Position numbers and translations under genes: made by a program
NCBI GenBank assembly: GCA_021772615.1
Contig: JAJFLQ010000116.1
Coordinates: forward strand, 97,744 to 161,743
DNA length: 64,000 nt
Source of the DNA: Verrucomicrobiota bacterium
GTDB taxonomy: Bacteria > Verrucomicrobiota > Lentisphaeria > JABSQK01 > JAJFLO01
Direction: 5' to 3'
Shown: positions 9,019 to 20,700 of the stretch, piece after piece
Position numbering within the stretch: the first letter of the stretch is position 1
Layout of the letters: each line of letters opens with the position of its first letter
Notes under the pieces: model-generated
Database searches by the model: none
Seen by the model: the letters and a program-made list of their open reading frames with translations, nothing else
What the model was told of the DNA's origin: nothing

Positions 9019-10203
9019 TCATTCATGATACCGATACTCGGTTATGGTGTCAAATCGATTATTCTCACTGTACTCGCCGGCATCATCTGTGAAAGTCGCG
9101 TCAATCTCCCTGCCGATTTCGACCCGGTACGGCAGCATCGTGTGCGGGTCAACCACAAAGTCTGCGGTGTGGGTGACGTCGAAGGCGACAAGATGAGACT
9201 GTCCGGAATCGGCTGTCAAGGATCGATTGAGTGCAACAATCGCAGCCTCTCGCGATTCCGTGGACGTCGGCTGTGAGCGAAAAGACAGCCGCACGCATGC
9301 ATCGGCGGCGCCGGCGCCGATACACGGCGTATGATCGAGCAATGTATACGTCGCAGTCATGGGTACGGTCAGGTTTCCGAATTCCGGAAAGACGTGATCG
9401 TATTCGGCGGCTACGGGTTCGCCGGGGGTGAGCGTCATCCCGCACCACACGCCGACATCGCGCTGCCAGCGTTCAGCAACCGTTCGCGACATAAGATCCG
9501 CAGAATAGAAATAGTCGGCGACCGCTTCCGCCTCCGCGAGATTTTCGCGTTCGAATTGCGCAAAGGTCGACGTAACTGCCTTCACAGCGTCGCTACGATA
9601 GGTCGGAAAATCGACAAGGCCGGCGTATCGGCCGTCTGCGGTCACGCGGAACGGCGGCGATGCGTTCTCGATTCGCATCATCAGTACCTGCAGCGCCAAA
9701 TGGTAACCCGTGAGCGCATGGTCCTGATCGTAGTCCACGGCTACATCGAGGTCGTTCTGACGGATCAAGAACGTATTTCCTTCCTGCGTGGCGGCAAGGC
9801 GATACCGGCCCGTAACCGTTTTTGCGTTTGTGAGGTCGTTCTGCGACCGGTAACGGCGCTGGCGAAATGAGACATCTGCCGCGATATCCGGCGGCCAGTT
9901 AAACGTCAGCGTGACCCGTCCGTTCTGGTGCCCTGCCGACATACCGGCCGGCGCCACCGTGGATCCGGGCGGCGACAGTCTGGTAGCCGGCACGGGTTGC
10001 GCCAATCGATCCTTCGGTCGCGTACGCTGCGGCAACGCCGTAGCATCGTCGCCAAACAGCGTTTCCGGAAAATACGTCATAACACGCTCGCGGCGATCGT
10101 TATCTGTGGTCCGGCAACCGCCGAGTAGCAGACATGCCGCAGACAGGAATGTGGCCCACGTTCGCGACCATCGGAAAAACCTGATTATGGGTATACTCAA
10201 CAT
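9019..10203 (-). CDS. Hypothetical lipoprotein
   Basis: The start is taken at the internal M (MLSIPIIRFF...ACLLLGGC RTTD), which gives a signal peptide with a lipobox-like LLGGC. I recognise no domain. Confidence 0.55.
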   Translation of the reverse strand: MLSIPIIRFFRWSRTWATFLSAACLLLGGCRTTDNDRRERVMTYFPETLFGDDATALPQRTRPKDRLAQPVPATRLSPPGSTVAPAGMSAGHQNGRVTLTFNWPPDIAADVSFRQRRYRSQNDLTNAKTVTGRYRLAATQEGNTFLIRQNDLDVAVDYDQDHALTGYHLALQVLMMRIENASPPFRVTADGRYAGLVDFPTYRSDAVKAVTSTFAQFERENLAEAEAVADYFYSADLMSRTVAERWQRDVGVWCGMTLTPGEPVAAEYDHVFPEFGNLTVPMTATYTLLDHTPCIGAGAADACVRLSFRSQPTSTESREAAIVALNRSLTADSGQSHLVAFDVTHTADFVVDPHTMLPYRVEIGREIDATFTDDAGEYSENNRFDTITEYRYHE

Positions 10204-10271
10204 TCGGATACCTTTCGTAAGCGTAGGAACACGACCGTCCGGTCCGCATCCAATGTCGTTCAATTAACCAT

Positions 10272-10304
10272 CTTCGTTGGCATTCACAGCGTCAGATGTG
10301 CTCA
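10272..10304 (-). repeat. Degenerate inverted copy of the hairpin repeat family (B-type)
   Basis: The sequence cttcgttggcattcacagcgtcagatgtgctca is nearly identical to the reverse-orientation copy at 41315-41362 (cttcgttggcgttcacagcttcagatgtgggtt). Confidence 0.6.
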
Positions 10305-10312
10305 TTCCGCTT

Positions 10313-10362
10313 GCGAGGCGCTGGAAAAGCCATCCCGCTGAGCGGGATGAACTCCAACGAGG
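10313..10362 (+). repeat. Hairpin repeat family, A-type copy (CATCCCGC-nga-GCGGGATG stem-loop with conserved flanks)
   Basis: The sequence is gcgaggcgctggaaaagccatcccgctgagcgggatgaactccaacgagg. It has near-identical paralogs at 21305 and 35524. Confidence 0.8.
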
Positions 10363-10556
10363 ATCGCATTTCCATATCTTGCGAATAAGGACTTAAATCA
10401 ACGACGTTGGGGCCGCGTCGGCCGCGACGGTGCTGTCAAAGCAGGACGGTGACGTCGCACAAGATACCATCAAGATGCGAGGTTTTGCAGCGATCCGCAG
10501 AGTTAATCTGTGGCGCGCCGTCTGCGACGTCAGACTGGTCCGACCGGTCCGACCGA

Positions 10557-13500
10557 CTATTCCGAACGTGCAATGCGCTTTTCCGCCGGCGCGAGCGCCG
10601 CGTTCTCGTCCCCTGCGAACGGCACGCCGGTAATACTATCCTGCCATCCCACCCATCGGCGTATGTCGTCAAGTATCATGTAGTTTATCGGGATAAGCAG
10701 CAGCGTGATCGCGGTGGCAAACAGAATGCCGAAACCAAGCGAGACCGCCATCGGTATCAGAAACTGAGCCTGCGTGCTCTTTTCGAATATCAGCGGCATT
10801 AACCCGCAGAACGTCGTCAAAGATGTCAGGAGAATCGCCCGAAACCTGGCAACGCCGGCAGCGCTAACAGCGTCGGCGAGAGCCATACCCTCGCGGCGTC
10901 GACGATTGATATAATCGACCAGCACAAGACTGTCATTCACAACGATACCGGACAACGCCAGGATACCAAATATACTCATCATGCTCAGAGGCATCCCCAT
11001 GATAAAATGTCCCAGAATAGCGCCAATCAGGCCGAACGGAATGACCGACATGACGATTGCCGGCTGGCTGTAGGATCGAAACGGAATCGCGAGCAATGCA
11101 TATACGGCAAAAAGAGTGAAAAACAGCCCGGCAAAGAGGCTCGCAAACTGATTTCGCTGGTCTTTGGCTTCACCCTCCAGCGTTGAATGCACATCCGGAT
11201 ATTTACTCTTCAGTTCGTGGAGGAACGTCGTCATATCGCGATTAATATCTCGTATATCGACAGCGTCCTTATTCACATCGGCCGTCACGTTCACGGTACG
11301 ATTGCGATCGACGCGGCGAATTGTCGAGTAGCTGCGCCCGATATCAAGCGTGGCAATCTCATTGAACGGAACCATGTCTCCGGCCGGCGTCAATATCCGC
11401 ATCGACGCGAGATTCGCCAACGACTCGCGGTGATGCCTGGGATAACGTACCATCACGCGAACGTCGTTTCGCCCGCGTTGTATACGCTGCACCTCCCGGC
11501 CGAAAAACGCATCCCGTACGGTTTTCGCCATCATTTCGGCAGAGACACCCAGCAGCTCCGCCTTTGGCTTCAGGGTGAGCTTGATTTCCTCCTTACCCCC
11601 CTGGAACGAATCGGATATATCATATACACCGGCATACCCGCCCATGCGCACCTTCACCTCGTCCGACATATTGACGAGATGCTCGAAATGGGTCCCGGTA
11701 AGCTGTACGTCAATCGGTTGCCCGCCATGCCCGATCTCTGCACGAAACGACACCTCGCCCGCGCCCGGTATGACGCCGATCAACTCCCTCCACTCACGCA
11801 CAAGTTCGGAGCTGGTGACCGTGAGACGCCGCGACTCCGGGGGCATGATCTCCATGAGGACGGAGCCAAGGTGGGATTGGCCGCTGCCGGGACCGGTGGT
11901 ACCAAACAACGACATCATGCCGGTTATGATACTCTCACCGGTGCCGGGATCGATGTGGCGCTGCTGTAGTTCCGCCGCGGCTGCGGTGATGCGTTCGACA
12001 TGCGCACGTGTCGTCGCAAACGGCGTTCCCAGCGGCATTTCCAACGTCGCCTGAGCCATTTCACTCTGCACCCGGGGAAACGGAAGAAATCGCATGCGTC
12101 CGCTGATCACCGTCGAGATAACCAGGATTCCGAAGCCGACGAATATGGCAAAGACGACGTAACGGCGGCGCAGTGATCCCGATAACAACGGCTGATAATA
12201 GGTGCGAATGACCGCTTCCAGGCCGTCGGCGATCCGCCGCTGAAAACGACGAAACGGGTTCGACGACGCCCCGGGTTCGACGCGCATGTGTTTGAGGTGC
12301 GCCGGCAGGATCAGCTTCGATTCGATGAGGGAAAAAATAAGCACCGGGATCACGATCATCGGAATCTGCGCCATGATCGCGCCTCGTTCGCCGCCCATCA
12401 TCAACAGCGGAAGGAACGCGGCTACTGTCGTGAGAACGCCGAACGTAACCGGCACCGACACTTCCTGAGTCCCCAGGATCGCGGCATCGGTCGGTGACTC
12501 GCTGCCGGCCCGCAAGCGCGTATAGATGTTTTCCCCCGTGACGATAGCATCGTCAACAACGATGCCGAGCACGAGAATAAACGCGAACAGGCTGATGATA
12601 TTGATTGTAACGCCGGTAAACGGCATCGTGATGATGGCGCCCATGAAGGCAACCGGAATGCCGATACATACCCACAGAGCAACCGTGAAACGCAGAAACA
12701 TTGCCAGCAGAAGAAAGACAAGAACGCCGCCTTGGGCCGCACTGACAATCAGTGTACGCAATCGTGATTTCACAATCTTCGACCGGTCCCGCCAGTAATC
12801 CAGCTTCACTCCCGGTGGCAAAATCGACTCGGCATGGTCGATGTAATCCTTTACCGTATTCGCAATCGTAATGGCATTTTGATCGCCGACACGCTGAATG
12901 TCAATAACCACGCAGGGCTGCCCGTCGAACCATGCGAAAAGCGGCTCTTCTTCGAATCCGTCATGAATCGTCGCGATGTCCCCCAGCGTAAGGCGAACGC
13001 CATCCGTATTGACGATAATCGGGATGCGGGCAAACTCGGCGCTGGTATAGCTCTGTTCCTTTGTACGCAGCAGGATCTCGCCTCCATCAGTTTTGATAGA
13101 ACCGGCAGGCAGATCCAGCGAGGAACGGCGAACGGCAACGGCAATATCATCGAATGTCAACTGATGCCGCTGCAACGTCTCCTCATCAATATCGATTGAG
13201 ATTTCGTACGGTCGAACCCCGGTCAAGGCGGCCTGTGTGATACCGGGCAAATCGAGTATATCATCGCGCACCCGTTCGCTAACGCGACGTAACTCGTCCT
13301 CCGGCAGCGCGCCGGACACAACCACGCTGATCACCTCCATTCGCCGCTGCGAGTAGCGGTACGAAGGACGCTCGATTTCGTCTGGGAACGTCGTGATCGC
13401 GTCCACACGATTTTTGATGTCGTCAAGCAAGTCCCGCGGTTCAAAACCCTTTGCAACCTCGACGGTCACGGTGCCCTGACCTTCAGCGGCTGTGGAAATA

Positions 13501-13745
13501 ATCTCTTCGATTCCAACCAGGTCCTGAATCGCTTCCTCGATCCGAATTACCACGCCGTCTTCTACCTCGGACGGCGTGGCGCCCCGGTAACTTACTTCGA
13601 CGACCACTTTATCTGCTGCGATATCCGGAAACACTTCCAGTACCAGCTTCCCGGCCAGCGTGCGCAGTCCCACGGCCACGATCAGGATCATCAACAAATT
13701 CGCGGCAACATGATTCCGCGCAAACCAGCTGATAGCCCCGCTCAC
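10557..13745 (-). CDS. RND family efflux transporter permease (AcrB/CzcA-like)
   Basis: A 1062-aa protein with 12 TM segments and two large periplasmic loops, plus typical AcrB motifs. It is cotranscribed with MFP, OMF and TetR genes. Confidence 0.9.
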   Translation of the reverse strand: MSGAISWFARNHVAANLLMILIVAVGLRTLAGKLVLEVFPDIAADKVVVEVSYRGATPSEVEDGVVIRIEEAIQDLVGIEEIISTAAEGQGTVTVEVAKGFEPRDLLDDIKNRVDAITTFPDEIERPSYRYSQRRMEVISVVVSGALPEDELRRVSERVRDDILDLPGITQAALTGVRPYEISIDIDEETLQRHQLTFDDIAVAVRRSSLDLPAGSIKTDGGEILLRTKEQSYTSAEFARIPIIVNTDGVRLTLGDIATIHDGFEEEPLFAWFDGQPCVVIDIQRVGDQNAITIANTVKDYIDHAESILPPGVKLDYWRDRSKIVKSRLRTLIVSAAQGGVLVFLLLAMFLRFTVALWVCIGIPVAFMGAIITMPFTGVTINIISLFAFILVLGIVVDDAIVTGENIYTRLRAGSESPTDAAILGTQEVSVPVTFGVLTTVAAFLPLLMMGGERGAIMAQIPMIVIPVLIFSLIESKLILPAHLKHMRVEPGASSNPFRRFQRRIADGLEAVIRTYYQPLLSGSLRRRYVVFAIFVGFGILVISTVISGRMRFLPFPRVQSEMAQATLEMPLGTPFATTRAHVERITAAAAELQQRHIDPGTGESIITGMMSLFGTTGPGSGQSHLGSVLMEIMPPESRRLTVTSSELVREWRELIGVIPGAGEVSFRAEIGHGGQPIDVQLTGTHFEHLVNMSDEVKVRMGGYAGVYDISDSFQGGKEEIKLTLKPKAELLGVSAEMMAKTVRDAFFGREVQRIQRGRNDVRVMVRYPRHHRESLANLASMRILTPAGDMVPFNEIATLDIGRSYSTIRRVDRNRTVNVTADVNKDAVDIRDINRDMTTFLHELKSKYPDVHSTLEGEAKDQRNQFASLFAGLFFTLFAVYALLAIPFRSYSQPAIVMSVIPFGLIGAILGHFIMGMPLSMMSIFGILALSGIVVNDSLVLVDYINRRRREGMALADAVSAAGVARFRAILLTSLTTFCGLMPLIFEKSTQAQFLIPMAVSLGFGILFATAITLLLIPINYMILDDIRRWVGWQDSITGVPFAGDENAALAPAEKRIARSE

Positions 13746-15163
13746 GGCAACTCTCCCGCGTCTGCGTTCCCGTCTTTGCCTGAGACAGCGGGATCGCCAT
13801 TTTCAGCAGTCGATGACGGCAGCGGCGTTCCGGTCTCCACACGCACGGTTACCGAAGCGCCTTCAACAGCAAACGGCAACGCCGTCAAACACAACTGTTC
13901 ACCGGCGCTGATATTATCCTTTACCACGACGACTCCACCTTCCGTCCAAATCGGATCGATCGAACGCCGACGCAAGGTGCCCGCTGCATCGATAATCAAA
14001 ATCTCGTTGTCCTGGCGTACCGCCGACAGCGGCAGGACAAAGACGTCATGCAGGACGCGACCTTCGATTTCTGCATTTACGAATTGTCCGACAATGAGCG
14101 GTGTCGTCCCGCCATCATTCGCGGCGTAGGGGTCGTCGATGCGTACGGTTACGAATAGCTGTCTGGTCTTGGTGTCATAGGCGCCGTCCGTTCTCACAAC
14201 GCGACCGGACCACGCGTGTGTGTTGCGCCCGATCCCGCGGGTAAGGACAACGTACGGAAAAGTCGCCGGATCGGCATTACCGCCATGGTCCGGCAGCTCG
14301 AGATGGGCGAGATCGTGATCCGAAAGCGGCAGGCGAACCTCGGCGTAGTCCGCGGCGTAGATCCGCAGCACACCGGTTCCAGGAGAGACGAATTGCCCAA
14401 TATCGGCGGTTTGCTCCATGACGCGCCCGGCATACGGCGCCTTGATAACGGTGCGTTCAAGGGCAACCTGCGTATCCATAACACGCGCCTCGGCCGAGCG
14501 CACCGCGGCCGAGGCAGCGGCGAGCCGCGATTCGGAGAGCGTGACATCGCGACGCCTTTTCGCCAGATCCGCTCGCGCTGCTGCCAGATCCGCCTCCGCG
14601 GCGGTAATGTGGGGCACGCGTAAGACGAGCGGATCCGCCGTAACATCCGGATTCAGGCGGCGCCAATCGGCGTCCGCCTGCGCTGCTCGCGCCCGCTCTT
14701 CGGCTAATCGCAACGCTGCCTGCGCGACAGTTGCTTCCGCCGTCGCAATGTCGGTATCGAGATTCTGCACCAAAATCTGTTCCCTGCTGAATTGATACGT
14801 TGCCTGAATGAGATCCGAGTCGGCCGCGATCGCGGCCGACTCGTAGTCACGTCGGTCGATCGACATCAATACCTCGCCTGCTGCGAAAAAACTGCCCGCC
14901 CGCGCGTTGGCCGATACGGCCACAATCTGCCCGGACACCTCGGCAACCAACGTCGTTTTGGTGGACGGTTCGACCGTACCGCGCGAAACAATTTTCACCT
15001 GAAAACCCTGCGGTTCGAGGCGTTTTGCATCTACGGTGACCTCGGGACGCGGCGGCGGTCGACGGTCCGGCTCGGGTTTGTTCGCAATCATCCAGTACGC
15101 AGCAGCGGCGCATACTGCGATAATGACCACGGGTACGGCAAATCCATTTGTCTCGTTCATCAT
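13742..15163 (-). CDS. RND efflux periplasmic adaptor (membrane fusion protein, HlyD family)
   Basis: The start is taken at MMNETNGFAVPVVIIAV (15163). The longer ORF (to 15322) would overlap the OMF gene. The product has a TM anchor followed by coiled-coil and beta-barrel regions. Confidence 0.85.
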   Translation of the reverse strand: MMNETNGFAVPVVIIAVCAAAAYWMIANKPEPDRRPPPRPEVTVDAKRLEPQGFQVKIVSRGTVEPSTKTTLVAEVSGQIVAVSANARAGSFFAAGEVLMSIDRRDYESAAIAADSDLIQATYQFSREQILVQNLDTDIATAEATVAQAALRLAEERARAAQADADWRRLNPDVTADPLVLRVPHITAAEADLAAARADLAKRRRDVTLSESRLAAASAAVRSAEARVMDTQVALERTVIKAPYAGRVMEQTADIGQFVSPGTGVLRIYAADYAEVRLPLSDHDLAHLELPDHGGNADPATFPYVVLTRGIGRNTHAWSGRVVRTDGAYDTKTRQLFVTVRIDDPYAANDGGTTPLIVGQFVNAEIEGRVLHDVFVLPLSAVRQDNEILIIDAAGTLRRRSIDPIWTEGGVVVVKDNISAGEQLCLTALPFAVEGASVTVRVETGTPLPSSTAENGDPAVSGKDGNADAGELP

Positions 15164-15182
15164 AAAACCACCATTGTCGTTA

Positions 15183-16625
15183 TTATTCGGGTTTCGTGGA
15201 GCCGACAGGGGCCGCGGCGTCATCGGACGACGGCAGAAAGGGTCCGCCCAGCGCCAGGTACAGATCCAACCGACGTTGTAACTGACTGTTTCGTAAAGCG
15301 ATAACAGCGCTCTCGGCGGCAAATGTCTGACGCTGCGTTGAGAGCACCGTGTTTACATCCTCGAGCCCCTTCCGGTATCGCTCCAGCGCCAACACTTCGG
15401 CCTGCGTTAGTTCGGTACGGGCGGCGTCAAGCGCCGATCGCTGTTCTTCCAGCGTCGCGCCGGCAACGAGGGCGCGTTCGACTTCACTGAATGCAACGAG
15501 CACCGCGTGGGCGTAGTCGGCGACCGCCGCGTCGTATGCTGCGTGCGATACCGTTCGCCGGGCCGCAAGCGTTCCGCCGCGGAATACGGGTTGCACAAGG
15601 CCACCGGCGATGTTCCACACCAGAAAGTTCCAATTCAACAGGTTCCGCAACGCGTCGCCGCTGGTACCGCCATTGCCGGTCAGCCGAATGTCCGGGAGAT
15701 AATTACGTGATTCGTCTTCCTGCCGTTCGAGAGCTGCCTCGAGCGTCTGGTGCGCAGCAATGAGATCGGGCCGCCGTGATAACAATTCAGACGGAAGGCC
15801 GGCCGGCACAACCGATGTGATCTCCGGCAAGACCGTGTCGGCAGAGATTTCAGCGGCGGGGTAGCGTCCCAGCAACACCTCAAGCGATCGCAGGTTGTCG
15901 TCCATCACGCGCCGGCGGACAATCAGATCGCTCTGCGCATTGGCGACATCGGCCCGTGCAAGATGCACGTCGAGGGCGGAAGAAGTACCGGCGCGCTGGC
16001 CCGTTTCGATGATATCCAGGCTGTTTTTGAAACTTGAGACACGCCGTTCGGCCAGCTCAATTTGAAGCCGCGACTCAACCGCGGTGTACCACAATCTCGC
16101 GACGGCGGCAGCCAACGACAGCTGCGCGGCCTCGAAGCCGGCACGGGTAGACAGGAAATCGGCAACTGCAGCGTTGACGCGGTGTCGACGACGCCCCCAG
16201 ACATCCAGCTCCCAATTGACGGCAACACCGACATTGTAGTTGTTCGTTCGGCTGCCGGTGATCTGAAAACCCGACGAGGACGTACGCTGTGTTCGCGATG
16301 CGTTGGCATTCGCGTCGATCTGCGGCAAACGACTCGCTGTCTGCAGGCGAATCCCCGCGAAGACAGCTTCCATCCGTGCCCTCGCCGCCGCCAGGTTGTG
16401 GTTGTACTGCAACGCTTCCTCAATCAGGCCACGTAGCGTTGCGTCCCTGAAATCGTCAAGCCAGGCATCGGGCCGGTACGGCGCTGCCGAATTCCGCGCG
16501 GCGGTCCACGATTCCGGCGGCATAGCCGCTACACGGGGACGGCCGGTACGATCGAGCGCACCCACGCACCCGGAAAATGCAGCAAGGCTTACGACAAGGA
16601 ATGCAAAGGATACGAACCTGCTCAC
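15183..16625 (-). CDS. Efflux outer-membrane factor (TolC/NodT family lipoprotein)
   Basis: A 480-aa product with a lipoprotein signal (LAAFSGCVG) and two tandem OEP repeats. It sits immediately upstream of the MFP/RND genes. Confidence 0.85.
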   Translation of the reverse strand: MSRFVSFAFLVVSLAAFSGCVGALDRTGRPRVAAMPPESWTAARNSAAPYRPDAWLDDFRDATLRGLIEEALQYNHNLAAARARMEAVFAGIRLQTASRLPQIDANANASRTQRTSSSGFQITGSRTNNYNVGVAVNWELDVWGRRRHRVNAAVADFLSTRAGFEAAQLSLAAAVARLWYTAVESRLQIELAERRVSSFKNSLDIIETGQRAGTSSALDVHLARADVANAQSDLIVRRRVMDDNLRSLEVLLGRYPAAEISADTVLPEITSVVPAGLPSELLSRRPDLIAAHQTLEAALERQEDESRNYLPDIRLTGNGGTSGDALRNLLNWNFLVWNIAGGLVQPVFRGGTLAARRTVSHAAYDAAVADYAHAVLVAFSEVERALVAGATLEEQRSALDAARTELTQAEVLALERYRKGLEDVNTVLSTQRQTFAAESAVIALRNSQLQRRLDLYLALGGPFLPSSDDAAAPVGSTKPE

Positions 16626-17239
16626 GTTTCGATTCCCGCCGTTACGAATTGAACAAGTCGCGGTATCATCTCATCTATTTTATCCGAGGTGCAGTGACCG
16701 CCGGAGATCATCGCGAGTCGGTCCTGTGCCGTCAAAGCACCGATCATCGCACCGAGCATGAAGTGGAAGCGCCAGTAGATCTCCGTCCGATCGAGTTGCG
16801 GCATCGCTTCGGAAAATGCATTCAGGAATGCGTCACATGTTTCGCGAAAGAACACATCGAAAACTTTGTGTTTCAACTCCGGGCTCTCAGAGAAAGTACG
16901 CCCGAGTATCGCTGCGAGTTGGCGCGAGTCACCGGTGGTCCGATGCAAATCGATAATCGGCAGCAGAAATGCATCGACAACGGAACGTGCAGCCAGTCGC
17001 CCTGATCTCCCTTGCCGTGCGCTGTTGAGGCGACGACAACGATCCTCGTTCAGCTGCTGCAGCCGGTTCTTCAAAATGCAGAGGAACAGCTCCTCCTTGG
17101 ATCCGAAGTGATAGTGGACCGCACCAAGATTTGCGTCGGCAGCAGCGATGATATCCCGGATCGACGTGGCAGCATAGCCCTTCTCGGCGAACAACGCCTC
17201 CGCCTCGCGCATGATCCTGGTGCTGGTGTCAGTCGTCAT
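16622..17239 (-). CDS. TetR/AcrR family transcriptional regulator
   Basis: The N-terminal HTH IMREAEALFAEKGYAATSIRDIIAAADANLGAVHYHF is the TetR_N signature. It overlaps the OMF start by 4 bp. Confidence 0.85.
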   Translation of the reverse strand: MTTDTSTRIMREAEALFAEKGYAATSIRDIIAAADANLGAVHYHFGSKEELFLCILKNRLQQLNEDRCRRLNSARQGRSGRLAARSVVDAFLLPIIDLHRTTGDSRQLAAILGRTFSESPELKHKVFDVFFRETCDAFLNAFSEAMPQLDRTEIYWRFHFMLGAMIGALTAQDRLAMISGGHCTSDKIDEMIPRLVQFVTAGIET

Positions 17240-17734
17240 AAAATTATCCGATTCGGTGTCTTCGACCGTAAGGCCGCTGCATCCGGCAACGATGCATGAG
17301 CGCTGCCGACGTCTTCCCGCAAGATTAAAACAAACGTTTGAATGAGTGGACCATTATCTACCCCGGGAGTTCCGTCTTTACAAGCGTGAACAGTCATCAA
17401 CCAATTGGAACATGCACCAAACGTGAACTTAATTTCACAAATTCCAACAACACGCCGAGGGTAGCGCGCTTGAAATATCGCGGTGCGTCTTTTATGGTAC
17501 ACCCATTGGAATTGTGTTGTTATTCCGGATGCCGGTACGGCAGTTGTTGGCTTAGGATTTTTCACTCAGCATGTAACGTGAACACCAAACTAAAATCCGA
17601 GAATCAGCGACGTTGGATACCGGTTGCATCGTCCGCACCGTCGGATACCAAAGGGACTGTGAGATAGGCAAATGGTCACGCGAACCATTGTTGTCGCAAG
17701 CAACCTGTCTCATTAAGCATCGTCGTGGTGAATC

Positions 17735-20700
17735 ATGACACCGACACCTAAGATTTTAGTCGTGGATGACAGTAGCGAGCAGCGGAAGATCATCATACGG
17801 CTGCTGCGCGACCGTCACTATGACGTGGTGGAAGCCGAGTCCGGAAAGGGCGGCCTCCAGGCCATGGCAACGGAGCGACCGGATCTGGTGATCTTGGATG
17901 TCTCCCTGCCTGACTTAGCCGGAACGGAAGTTTGCAATCGGATAAAATCAGATCCGGCTCTGCGTCGGACTGTCGTCATTCTAATATCGAGTCATCACCG
18001 TTCGTCCGAGGTTCAGACCGAGGCGATGAACGCCGGCGCCGACAGCTATGTCGCGCGGCCGATTCGGAACCGTGAGCTGCAGGCCCGGATCGACGCGATG
18101 ATACGCCTGAAACAAATCCAGGATCTCGCGCAACAGCGGGCGGACATGCAGGCAGCGCTTGCTTCTTTCACCAAATTCTCCATGACCTGTGAAAAGCGTT
18201 CCGGGCTGTTCAACCGCTGCGTCAGTGACCTCGTCACTGCAAACTCAGGCTTCAATCTCAGCATCTGCTACGAGGCCCCTCCGGATGCAGGCGACGTGGT
18301 TGTTCGTGCCCGGTATGGATCGGAAAAAGAACGGCTCAGAACGCGCGTGAAGCACGGCGACTACCGCACCTTTGCCGATCGTTTCGTCGCCGAACCCGCG
18401 ACGATCGGCGACGCTGGACGAAACGCGAAGATTGTTGCCGACCTGGTCGCGAAACACCGCAACACATTGGGCCCCGGCCTGTGCATTCCCGTGCAAACGG
18501 ATGACATCTTCTACGGTGGCGTCGCGGTGTTTAACGACGACCCGAGCGCCGTATTCACTGGCGAAGACCTGGGATATCTGCAATCGGTGGCGACTGTGCT
18601 GCACATCGCCTTGCGCCACAGGCATCAGCAGGAGGCGTTGAAGGCCAGCGAGTGCCTGCATCGGACACTGTGCGAGGCGTCGCCTGCGGGCATCTTCCGT
18701 GCCAACCCGGACGGGCGGTTGACATACGCCAACGCGAGATGGATGGAAATAACAGGAATACCATGGCGTGAGAACACCGATTGGTTGACGTGCATCCATC
18801 CGAATGATCGGCAAACAGTAGCGGACTGGATCTCCACTTGGCGTAACCAGGCCGACGTATTTTCCAGCTCTTTTCGGATTCGGCAGCCGGGCGGGGCCGA
18901 ACGCTGGGTATATGTACAAGTGGCGAAAGATCGATCGGGACGGTCGCTGCACGGCTTTGTGGGGACGATGACAGACCGCACCCGGCACAGGGCAGATGAA
19001 GATGCGCTCCGCGTGAAGGACCGCGCCATGGCCGCGTGTGCCAACGGCATCCTGATTACCGACGCGACCTCGCCGGAGAATCCGATCATCTACAACAATC
19101 CTGCTTTCGAGCGAATCACGGGCTATACCGCGGATGAGATTATCGGCAGAAACTGCCGCTTTCTACAGGGGGACAATCGCGACCAGCCACAACTCGATGA
19201 ACTCCGTGACGCAATCGGCAAGGGCGTGGGCTTCCACGGTGTGCTTCGCAACGTACGCCGCGACGGCGAACCATTCTGGAACGAACTTACGGTCACGCCG
19301 GTGACGGATACGAGTGGCCATATCGTCAACTTTATCGGCATACAGAATGATATCACGCGCAGAAAACAGGCCGAAGATGCGCTGGCGCACGAAACCGAAC
19401 GCCTCAAAATAACGCTGCATTCGATTGGCGATGGCGCCATTACGACGGATGTAGGCGGCAGGATCGAGACGATGAATCCCGTCGCCGAACGGCTAACCGC
19501 CTGGCCGCTGGCCGATGCAAGAGGCCTGCCGTTACCCATGGTGTTTCGCATTATCAATGAGCGCACCGGGGACATCGTCGAAAATCCGGTGGACCGGGTG
19601 CTGGCGACCGGGAAGATTGTTGGTCTGGCAAACGATACGATACTTATCACCCGTGATGGTGATGAACGCATTATTGCCGACAGTGCCGCACCGATACACG
19701 ATGCACACGGTGATCTTATCGGCGTCATTTTGATATTTACCGACATCACAGACCGCTGCAGGATGGACAGGGAAATGCAGAAGGCCCAGAAACTCGAGTC
19801 GCTGGGCGTCTTTGCAGGCGGCATTGCCCACGACTTTAATAATCTTCTGATGGTGCTCATGGGCACCATCTCGATCATAAAACTTGATGTCCGGAACGAG
19901 CCGCGACTCGCGGCCCGACTCGAACGAGCCGAAGTCGCATGTGATCAGGCGCAACGGCTCACCCAACAGCTCCTGACCTTTGCGTCAGGCGGTACGCCGA
20001 GCAAAGAATCCGTTGATACAGCCGAGATGCTGCGAGAAGCTGCTGACTTTGCCATCCACGGATCGAATTGCCGCCTGGACAGTACATTCTCGCCGAAGCT
20101 GTGGCGTCTCGACGCGGATCCGGGACAGATTTCACAAGTAATCCAAAATCTAATTTCCAACGCGAACCAGGCCATGCCGGTTGGCGGCGTCATCACGCTC
20201 GCAGCGCGGAATACGGTGATCAAAAAAAAGACAACTGTACCGCTTCCGCCGGGACGCTATATCCGGTTGACGATCAAGGACGCCGGCATCGGTATCACGA
20301 CAGAGCATATTGAGCGCATTTTCGACCCGTTCTTCACGACGAAACAGAAAGGCAGCGGACTCGGTTTGTCGGTGGTGTACGCAATCGTGCACCGGCACGG
20401 CGGTCATATTGCGGTACAATCAAAACCCGGACAAGGCACGACGTTCCAGATTTATCTTCCGACCGCGGCCCGCTCTAAAACTGCCGAAACGCCGCGCTTC
20501 GACAAACCTCTCAAGACCGGTAGCGGCCGTATTCTGGTGATGGATGACGACGAAAGCATACGTGTCGTCGTGCAGGAAATGCTGCGGCAACTCGGCTACG
20601 AGAGTGATGTTGCCGGCGACGGATATGAGGCCTGTCGCATGGCGGATTCGGCAGCTGCTTCCGGCGCGCCGTACCGGGCTGCGATCCTGGATCTCACCGT

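Noticed and set aside
11187-12054. Plus-strand ORFs 11187-11969 and 11575-12054 inside the RND permease
   Set aside because: They are antisense to the AcrB-like gene and have no supporting motifs.
13742-15322. Extended 526-aa version of the membrane-fusion-protein ORF
   Set aside because: The extra 53 N-terminal codons overlap the end of the upstream outer-membrane-factor gene. The downstream in-frame MMNETNG start is followed at once by a TM anchor, which is the expected adaptor architecture.
18245-19966. Minus-strand ORFs 18245-18988, 19123-19878 and 19532-19966 within the hybrid histidine kinase
   Set aside because: They are antisense to a 1065-aa ORF with a full complement of REC, PAS, HisKA and HATPase motifs.
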